A stretch of DNA of 32,000 nucleotides, taken from contig NZ_CP034549.1 of NCBI RefSeq assembly GCF_003966335.1, positions 1,770,001-1,802,000 of the forward strand. The letters run 5' to 3'. The position numbers and the translations under genes are program-made. The number at the start of each line of letters is the position of its first letter. The stretch's first letter is position 1. Under the pieces are notes generated by a model. It saw only the letters and a list, made by a program, of their open reading frames with translations, was not told the DNA's origin and made no database searches. Of this stretch, positions 1 through 5,745 are shown one piece after another. The stretch comes from Nonlabens ponticola (GTDB lineage: Bacteria > Bacteroidota > Bacteroidia > Flavobacteriales > Flavobacteriaceae).

Positions 1-34
1 TTTTAGCTATTTGATATAATTCTTTTAAATTCAT
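1..34 (-). CDS. N-terminal fragment of the next cassette ORF (MNLKELYQIAK...), runs off the window
   Basis: ATG at 34-32 on the minus strand, 26 nt downstream of repeat R1. Same position relative to the repeat as the other cassette ORFs. Only 11 codons are visible. Confidence 0.3.
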   Translation of the reverse strand, partial: MNLKELYQIAK

Positions 35-60
35 ATTGTCTTTGGTTTGTCAAATTGCAC

Positions 61-188
61 ACAACGGTCTCGGCTATGAGTAGTTGCGTGGGTTAGCCTT
101 GTTTTCTCAAATGTACCCAACCCGTAGAAAATTTCGTAGAAATTTTTGGATGACCACAAACCGAGCAATTGTGTATAGCCCGTGTTGT
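61..188 (-). repeat. attC-like repeat R1 (128 bp)
   Basis: ACAAC (61-65) ... GTTGT (184-188). Arms GGCTATGAGTAGTTGC / GCAATTGTGTATAGCC. Inner hairpin AAAATTTC-GTA-GAAATTTT around 127-145. Confidence 0.85.
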
Positions 189-199
189 AAAACGTTTAT

Positions 200-802
200 T
201 TAGTAGCAATGAAGCGTTCGATGTTCCTCTTCTTCGTGATAATTTATTTCGCCACTAATAGCGTCGATTAGTAGTATTTCATCCTTTGAATAACATTTCT
301 CCTCGTAAAGCGTGTTGAAAACTTTCCATTCATATTTGTCAGTATGAATATTCCACTCCAATCTCATTGTTATAGGCGATACAGCTTTCTTTAATTTTAT
401 TTTCGATACGATGTTTTCGACTTGTTTTTTGGTCAGAAAATTTGAGTTTTCATTTTTGAGCAAATATTCCGGTATTCGCTCATCAAAATACATATCAATA
501 AATTTCAATGAGGTATCAAATTCCATATAAACTCCAAGATGTACATTTTCGAACGTGAAATTTGGATGGTTTAAATCATATAAAACTTCATATCTATCAA
601 AAGGCGAAGAAATCACATCTAAGCTATCAGTTTTGGCTAGCCGAGACTCTTTATCTAAACTGAAGTATTCAATTAAATGTTTTCCGAAATGGGCATTTAA
701 TACACTATCTGCTTTCACTAAAATTTGAGAGGCAGTATGATTTTGACCATTGCCATGGTAAGCCATTGAAACAAAAAAGAAAAATGTAATTAAAGGTTTC
801 AA
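200..802 (-). CDS. Cassette ORF: exported protein of unknown function, possible PepSY-like C-terminal region
   Basis: 200-aa ORF. TTG start 13 nt from R2. N-terminal hydrophobic signal-like segment KPLITFFFFVSMAY. C-terminal pattern LTKKQVENIV...YEWKV...LLIDAISGEI resembles PepSY domains. TAA stop 11 nt from R1. Confidence 0.6.
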   Translation of the reverse strand: MKPLITFFFFVSMAYHGNGQNHTASQILVKADSVLNAHFGKHLIEYFSLDKESRLAKTDSLDVISSPFDRYEVLYDLNHPNFTFENVHLGVYMEFDTSLKFIDMYFDERIPEYLLKNENSNFLTKKQVENIVSKIKLKKAVSPITMRLEWNIHTDKYEWKVFNTLYEEKCYSKDEILLIDAISGEINYHEEEEHRTLHCY

Positions 803-815
803 TTCTAAATGTTTT

Positions 816-942
816 ACAACGGTCTCAGCTATGAGTAGTTGCGTGGTTTAGCACTTAACTTTGCAAGTACACACCTAACTGAAAATCCGCGAGGATTTTC
901 AGAAGTAGGCGAGAACCAGCAATTACTTATAGCCATTGTTGT
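816..942 (-). repeat. attC-like repeat R2 (127 bp)
   Basis: ACAAC (816-820) ... GTTGT (938-942). Arms AGCTATGAGTAGTTGC / GCAATTACTTATAGCC. Inner hairpin GAAAATCC-GCGA-GGATTTTC at 881-900. Confidence 0.85.
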
Positions 943-951
943 ACACAGTAT

Positions 952-1734
952 TTATTTACTTAATTCTATTTGAAATTTTGTCGCATTAAATGCTGCTTGC
1001 AAACCTCTTAAATTTGTTTCAGATTTATTTTGTTCAAATAATTCAGCCAAGTATTCAGCTTGTTTGGTCACATTATCATTCTCCTTTTTAAATATTTGAT
1101 ATTTTAAAAGAATCAAATTCGCCATGATTTTATCTGAAATAGTTATATCACCTTGGTTTAGGTATTCCTTTATTGTACTTCCTATCTCGGAATCGTTTTC
1201 AGATAGTTCATCGAATAAGTAAGCATTAGCCAAGTCAGATTTATTCATAGTTGAGTAATCGTTTTGGTCAGACATATCTTTTCGGTAAGTCATTTTGTTG
1301 CCATTTAGAAAATACCATCTGGTGTAAGAATCATTTTCCATTTTGATTTCTTTTTCAAAAGCTTTTTTCTTTACAGTCCAATTTGTGAAAGCAATCAAAA
1401 GTTCAGTTCCGTCATCTTTCTTTAATATGGTAAATCGAATCAAGTAATTTCTTTTCCCTGGTTTTTCAATTTCGATGTCTAATTTATTTTCTACAGAAAC
1501 ATATTTTTTCAATGCTTTTAGAACTGATGAAACATCTTCAGGACTTGCTTCAGGAAATAAGTTTTCTCTTAAAAACAAATCAATGTATAAGTAATGAGTT
1601 AAATAAAAATCATCCATTTTCAGATAATTCGCCTCTGTCAAATGTTCGGTTTTGATATTGATTTTGTCTGATTGAGAATATCCAAAATTTGTGAATATTG
1701 CTAAAAGTAAAAGTGTGATTATTTTTCTGTTCAT
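952..1734 (-). CDS. Cassette ORF: exported protein of unknown function
   Basis: 260-aa ORF with ATG start. Signal-like N-terminus MNRKIITLLLLAIFTNFGYSQ. TAA stop 9 nt from R2. Confidence 0.65.
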   Translation of the reverse strand: MNRKIITLLLLAIFTNFGYSQSDKINIKTEHLTEANYLKMDDFYLTHYLYIDLFLRENLFPEASPEDVSSVLKALKKYVSVENKLDIEIEKPGKRNYLIRFTILKKDDGTELLIAFTNWTVKKKAFEKEIKMENDSYTRWYFLNGNKMTYRKDMSDQNDYSTMNKSDLANAYLFDELSENDSEIGSTIKEYLNQGDITISDKIMANLILLKYQIFKKENDNVTKQAEYLAELFEQNKSETNLRGLQAAFNATKFQIELSK

Positions 1735-1754
1735 TCTGTTGGGTTATATTGTGT

Positions 1755-1881
1755 ACAACGGTCTCGGCTATGAGTAGTTGCGTGGTTTAGTACTTAACTT
1801 TGCAAGTACACACCAAGTTGGAAATTCCGCAGGAATTTCAAAAGTAGGCGAGTAGAAGCAATTACTTATAGCCATTGTTGT
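1755..1881 (-). repeat. attC-like repeat R3 (127 bp)
   Basis: ACAAC (1755-1759) ... GTTGT (1877-1881). Arms GGCTATGAGTAGTTGC / GCAATTACTTATAGCC. Inner hairpin GAAATTCC-GCA-GGAATTTC at 1821-1839. Confidence 0.85.
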
Positions 1882-1891
1882 ATGCTGGCTT

Positions 1892-3388
1892 TTAAAGTCT
1901 CATCATTACCTCCGTTAATTTATTTTTTCTAATTTTCCATTGAAATTCTCTTAACTCCTCTATTTCAATGTTGCCATCTTTCGCTTTTAAAGTTTCAATG
2001 AAATCTCTTACCGTTTTGTCATTCCTTTGCCTTAATATGCAATGGTAAGTTAGTCCAACAAAGAAATATCCATCTTCTTTAGCTCTTTCAATAAATTCGA
2101 CTTTGTGGTCAGCTAGATCTACAACTTTACCATTAATTTCAGCGTACCCATTTTGATATTCACTGTATGATATGTGATGCTCATCATCAACAATTGCAGT
2201 ATGAAATGTCTCTTCTCCTTCAACAATAAATGGTTCTGACTTATTATGATGAACTAAAATGAAGTCATTAAAAACACTGTTGTCATAGAATACCCAAATT
2301 TCTTTTATTGAGTATTCTGAATCCCAAAATTTCCAGGTAGCTAACCCTTTTCTTGTTAGTGTAAAATCAATATTTCCAGAACCATCGTGCCACCACAGTT
2401 TATTATCAAATAGTTCTTCATTATCCTTAAAGGTTTGGAAAAGACTATCTATTCGTTCTAAATCATTGCTATGAACAAAGCCCCAGTTATTTTTTGGAAA
2501 ATTACTACGAACAACTCTATTAAAGTCGTACATATATTCGAAAATATCTTTTTCTCTACTATCCTTTATATATTGTTTGATGTCTGCAATGCTTTGGAAT
2601 CTTTGGCTTGGTTCATTTTTTAAACAATTTTCAATAACTCCATTAAACATTCTCTCATCTTCTATTTTGAGAGAAATTCTTTTTCTTCCCGTGCCTCTGT
2701 GTGTATTTCCTGTAGCAAACCATTGTAGAATTTGGCCAATTGCATATATATCCATAGTCGGATGTGAATCTTTGCCGGCTATTTCTTGTTCTGGTGCAGA
2801 AAAAAGTCTATTACCAATTCTTTCATTCTTGACAGTTTTTGCTCGGATTTCAAAAATTTCAGGATTGTAACTGGCGATTCCAAAATCTGCTAAAACATAT
2901 TTTCCATCTTTAACTAAAATGTTTTCTGGTTTTAAGTCTCGATGAATAATGCCTTGACTATGTATTTCATCTACTGCATCCAATAAAAAATTAAGTAGTT
3001 TAATGAAATTTTGACCCTTGTTTTCTGATTCATCAAGTTTTAATGAACTTTCATATTCCTTCATCATTATCACTGGAATAATCGCAGAACCCTCTTCATC
3101 CTCGAGGTTTAGCAAATCGTAATCCACATATTTAACGATGAAATTCGTTTTCTCAATAGTTACTATGTTGAAATATTCTGCTAAAAAACGCTCGGTCTTT
3201 GTTTTTAGAGATTTTCCAGAGGTATTACTCAAAAGAAATTTGAAAGCAAATGTCTTTCCGAAAATTTCACCTTTGTATACAATTCCGTTGCCACCTTCAC
3301 CAATTTTATCAATCAAATTTATTTCTCCAACAGAAAGCTGAATCTTATTTTTATTGTCTTTTAAATATCTTGAAAATCGTTCTTTCAT
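1892..3388 (-). CDS. Cassette ORF: Ser/Thr protein kinase domain fused to a ~200-aa C-terminal domain of unknown function
   Basis: 498-aa ORF. Glycine loop GEGGNG plus lysine in FAFKF. Catalytic loop HRDLKPENILV. DFG (LADFGIA). APE-like SAPE. No signal peptide. Confidence 0.85.
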   Translation of the reverse strand: MKERFSRYLKDNKNKIQLSVGEINLIDKIGEGGNGIVYKGEIFGKTFAFKFLLSNTSGKSLKTKTERFLAEYFNIVTIEKTNFIVKYVDYDLLNLEDEEGSAIIPVIMMKEYESSLKLDESENKGQNFIKLLNFLLDAVDEIHSQGIIHRDLKPENILVKDGKYVLADFGIASYNPEIFEIRAKTVKNERIGNRLFSAPEQEIAGKDSHPTMDIYAIGQILQWFATGNTHRGTGRKRISLKIEDERMFNGVIENCLKNEPSQRFQSIADIKQYIKDSREKDIFEYMYDFNRVVRSNFPKNNWGFVHSNDLERIDSLFQTFKDNEELFDNKLWWHDGSGNIDFTLTRKGLATWKFWDSEYSIKEIWVFYDNSVFNDFILVHHNKSEPFIVEGEETFHTAIVDDEHHISYSEYQNGYAEINGKVVDLADHKVEFIERAKEDGYFFVGLTYHCILRQRNDKTVRDFIETLKAKDGNIEIEELREFQWKIRKNKLTEVMMRL

Positions 3389-3408
3389 TTTGTTATTTCA
3401 GCTTGCAT

Positions 3409-3536
3409 ACAACGGTTATGTATAAATATAGTTGCGGGTTTGCGTGCGAAGAATTTCCGAAGGAAATTTAGATGTAGCAAATACGCAACTGCCTTTATTT
3501 TAGCACTAAACCGCAATTATTTTTATACGGTGTTGT
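3409..3536 (-). repeat. attC-like repeat R4 (128 bp, divergent sequence, same structure)
   Basis: ACAAC (3409-3413) ... GTTGT (3532-3536). Arms GTATAAATATAGTTGC / GCAATTATTTTTATAC still pair. Inner hairpin AATTTCC-GAA-GGAAATT at 3452-3468. Confidence 0.8.
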
Positions 3537-3545
3537 GCATAGTTT

Positions 3546-3935
3546 TTATTCACATACTTTATTTTTTTCAATCCACGGATTAATAAATTTCCTTTCAGTT
3601 CCGAGTATTGTTTTCATTTCGGGTTCGTCGAAAATTAGATAGAAATTTTTGTCTTTTTCCACGTATTTAAATTTCAATTCAGTACAATATTTTCCAGTGC
3701 CGTGATTTACGAGCATACTTATAATTCCATCTTCAATTTTTATGTCTTTCACGGATTCCACCATAATAAAATTAACTTTTATATCAGAAGGAATTTCTTT
3801 TTCACTATAATTTCCAAGGTCATTCATTTCAATCATTTCGTCAACGATTTCTTGAATCCATTTGTCAATAGATTTTTCTTGGTTGATTTGGATGTTTGAA
3901 ATTCCAATCAAAAATGTCAGTAAAATTATTTTCAT
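3546..3935 (-). CDS. Cassette ORF: small exported protein of unknown function
   Basis: 129-aa ORF with ATG start. Signal-like N-terminus MKIILLTFLIGISNIQ. TAA stop 9 nt from R4. Confidence 0.6.
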   Translation of the reverse strand: MKIILLTFLIGISNIQINQEKSIDKWIQEIVDEMIEMNDLGNYSEKEIPSDIKVNFIMVESVKDIKIEDGIISMLVNHGTGKYCTELKFKYVEKDKNFYLIFDEPEMKTILGTERKFINPWIEKNKVCE

Positions 3936-3956
3936 ATTCTGTTTCTCAAATTATGC

Positions 3957-4083
3957 ACAACGGTTTGGGCTATGAACAGTTGCGTGGGTTAGCACGGACT
4001 TCTACAAGTAAACTGCAAGCTGAAAATTCCGCAGGAATTTTCAGGATAAGCCTGTAATAGCAATTGTTTATAGCCATTGTTGT
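3957..4083 (-). repeat. attC-like repeat R5 (127 bp)
   Basis: ACAAC (3957-3961) ... GTTGT (4079-4083). Arms GGCTATGAACAGTTGC / GCAATTGTTTATAGCC. Inner hairpin GAAAATTCC-GCA-GGAATTTTC within 4021-4043. Confidence 0.85.
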
Positions 4084-4093
4084 AAAACGTTTT

Positions 4094-4690
4094 TTACTCC
4101 AAATATTCTACATCAGAACGAACTTTTTCACGCCATTTATTTCCGTATTTTTCGTCCATTAGTTCAAATATCCGTTCGTTATATTGTTCAATACATTCCG
4201 AAATTGGTGGTTCACAACCAAAATCAAAATATTTAACTTTAAATCTTTTCTCAAATCGATTGCCGGAAGGTGAGTTTGCAATTGGTGCAATTGAACCAAC
4301 AAGTAATAAATTTGCCGTTCCGTTTTTCCAGTCAGATTCTGCACGTTCAGCATTATATTCACAATCCGCTTTTAATTCAAACGTCACGTTATTAATTCCG
4401 TTTTTCGTTTCGACGTCAAACTTTTGTTTTCAGTAACCGAATGCAGAGATCTCTATAATATATTTTTGATTAGGTTCAAGATATTCAATTCGGAAATTAC
4501 CTAAACTGTCAGCCATAATTAATGGTTGTTTAGTAATCAATTCTTGAACATAAATATCCGAAATTGGTTTTTCTCCTGAAACTCCGCTAATCACCTTTCC
4601 TACGATTTCAGTTTGTCCGTATATAATTCCGCAAACTAATATTAAAATCAGTTTGATAATGTTTTTCTGTATGTTCAGATTTTTCTTCAA
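4094..4690 (-). pseudogene. Cassette ORF split by one in-frame TGA: N-terminal CarboxypepD_reg-like exported segment (4430-4690) plus a C-terminal part (4094-4387)
   Basis: The 86-aa and 97-aa ORFs are in the same frame. 4388-4429 is 42 nt (14 sense codons, KQKFDVETKNGINN) and the only interruption is the TGA at 4432-4430. The downstream ORF has only a GTG start. There is no attC-like repeat between them. Confidence 0.5.
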
Positions 4691-4697
4691 ATGTTTT

Positions 4698-4825
4698 ACA
4701 ACGGTCTAGGCTATGCGCAGTTGCGCGGTTCATCCTTATTTTTCCAAATATATTCAAACCGTAGAAAATTCCGCAGGAATTTTCGGATGAGCAATGACAG
4801 AGCAATTGCGTATAGCCATTGTTGT
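4698..4825 (-). repeat. attC-like repeat R6 (128 bp)
   Basis: ACAAC (4698-4702) ... GTTGT (4821-4825). Arms GGCTATGCGCAGTTGC / GCAATTGCGTATAGCC. Inner hairpin GAAAATTCC-GCA-GGAATTTTC at 4764-4784. Confidence 0.85.
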
Positions 4826-4834
4826 AAAACGTTA

Positions 4835-5599
4835 TTATTTATAAACTCTTTCATAAATTCCTATTTCGCAACCGCTACATGTGCTCAATATAGAATTTCT
4901 CTTTTTAATATGTTTAATTAGTATTTCATCCAACTTGCTTAGTTCGAAACTGGTGTTCTCGTCTAAATATTCCAAAGCGTCTACTCCGTAAGTTTGTAAT
5001 TCTGGATTAAATGATTTTAACCATTCTCTAAACTTTTTCGCATTCCTTTTTTTATCGAATTTGAAATCATTATATCTTGGTATTTTGTAAGAAATAGGCG
5101 CATATCCACAAAAGTATCCGTAAATATGATAAGATAATACCTGACTGATAAAGTCTTCTTTTTTTAAGTTGGTTTGGTAGAATACATTATGATTACTTAA
5201 ATATTCGTCAAACGTAGTTTCTTCAAAGTAAAATTCGGTGTCTTTTCGATAAGTATCAAAACTTATTAAACCTACTATGATATTATTTTTTTTGAACGTA
5301 TGAACATTATACGATTTATTTTTTATCTGTTTGTTATCAGGATAATTAATGTTTACTTCATATACTGATTCGGTTAAACCGTAGTCGATATCTCTAGCAT
5401 ATAGGAATCCGCCAAAACTATATTTAGGATTAACCTCTCTTATGGTTTTGAAATCAATCAACTTTAAAGTGTCCAAATCAAAATTTTGGTATTCTTTAAA
5501 ATAGTTCTGAATTTCAGCTACCGCGTTCATTTCCGCTTGACTTTGAGAAAAAGACAATAATGGAATAAGCAATAAAATAAAAAAGTTTAGTGTCCTCAA
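4835..5599 (-). CDS. First cassette ORF: exported protein of unknown function
   Basis: 254-aa ORF. TTG start (no in-frame ATG before a stop). Signal-like N-terminus RTLNFFILLLIPLLSFSQSQ. TAA stop 9 nt from R6. Confidence 0.6.
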   Translation of the reverse strand: MRTLNFFILLLIPLLSFSQSQAEMNAVAEIQNYFKEYQNFDLDTLKLIDFKTIREVNPKYSFGGFLYARDIDYGLTESVYEVNINYPDNKQIKNKSYNVHTFKKNNIIVGLISFDTYRKDTEFYFEETTFDEYLSNHNVFYQTNLKKEDFISQVLSYHIYGYFCGYAPISYKIPRYNDFKFDKKRNAKKFREWLKSFNPELQTYGVDALEYLDENTSFELSKLDEILIKHIKKRNSILSTCSGCEIGIYERVYK

Positions 5600-5616
5600 A
5601 GGTGTTTATTAAAATG

Positions 5617-5632
5617 TTTTACAACGGTTATA
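5617..5632 (-). other. attI-like half-site (left arm of the repeat only)
   Basis: TTTTACAACGGTTATA matches the flank, ACAAC core and spacer of the repeats (AAATGTTTTACAACGG is shared with R2 and R6). The sequence then becomes unique, with no right arm. It lies between the first cassette and the recombinase. Confidence 0.7.
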
Positions 5633-5636
5633 TAAA

Positions 5637-5667
5637 CAAACCTAAGCCATTTATTACCAGTTTACAA
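5637..5667 (-). promoter_or_regulatory. Candidate Pc-like promoter reading into the cassette array
   Basis: The minus strand reads ATTG (5668-5665), a 20-nt spacer, then TAGGTTTG (5644-5637). This resembles the Bacteroidetes -33 TTTG / -7 TAnnTTTG consensus and is positioned just upstream of the half-site. Motif match only. Confidence 0.25.
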
Positions 5668-5674
5668 TACTATA

Positions 5675-5699
5675 TGGTAGGTATATGCAAACCTTTTGA
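5675..5699 (+). repeat. Direct repeat DR-a (TGGTAGGTATATGCAAACCTTTTGA)
   Basis: Matches DR-b at 23 positions with two 1-nt indels, 48 bp upstream of DR-b. Contains a 4-codon mini-ORF, ATG CAA ACC TTT TGA. Confidence 0.7.
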
Positions 5700-5707
5700 T
5701 AGATTTG
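5700..5707 (+). promoter_or_regulatory. Candidate -7 box (TAGATTTG) for the recombinase gene
   Basis: Matches TAnnTTTG 25 nt upstream of the ATG at 5732. No convincing -33 element found. Confidence 0.2.
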
Positions 5708-5722
5708 AACATAATTCACTTT

Positions 5723-5745
5723 TGGTAGTATATGCAAACCTTTGA
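5723..5745 (+). repeat. Direct repeat DR-b (TGGTAGTATATGCAAACCTTTGA), overlaps the recombinase start codon
   Basis: Second copy of DR-a. Its ATG (5732) opens the 277-aa recombinase ORF. Confidence 0.7.

Noticed and set aside
2577-3471. Plus-strand ORFs 2577-2870, 3138-3341 and 3250-3471 opposite the kinase gene, and similar antisense or overlapping ORFs across the window (e.g. 3702-3899, 4159-4362, 4608-4805, 4691-4921, 6296-6583, 6998-7689, 8097-9278, 10378-10964, 11358-11965, 24323-25057, 26082-26327, 26610-26873, 27286-27549, 29026-29328, 30096-30370)
   Set aside because: They are short, low-complexity translations lying entirely within, or overlapping, much longer ORFs with clear family motifs. 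They are typical shadow ORFs. 3250-3471 and 4691-4921 also run across attC-like repeats.
4430-4432. In-frame TGA as selenocysteine or another programmed recoding event
   Set aside because: I see no obvious SECIS-like stem-loop immediately downstream. The context is an AT-rich accessory cassette. A nonsense mutation or a sequencing error is the simpler explanation.
61-4825. Regularly spaced repeats could be read as a CRISPR array
   Set aside because: The repeats are 127-128 bp imperfect palindromes, not 24-48 bp. The spacers are 420-1527 bp and each holds a full ORF. No cas genes are present. The flank-pairing pattern indicates recombination sites.
61-4825. The repeats could be MITEs, REP elements or simple gene terminators
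   Set aside because: I saw no target-site duplications. The outer flanks pair across cassettes rather than within one element. The array ends in a half-site next to a recombinase. The inner hairpin lacks a trailing T-run on the sense strand. A genome-wide REP family cannot be fully excluded without the rest of the genome.
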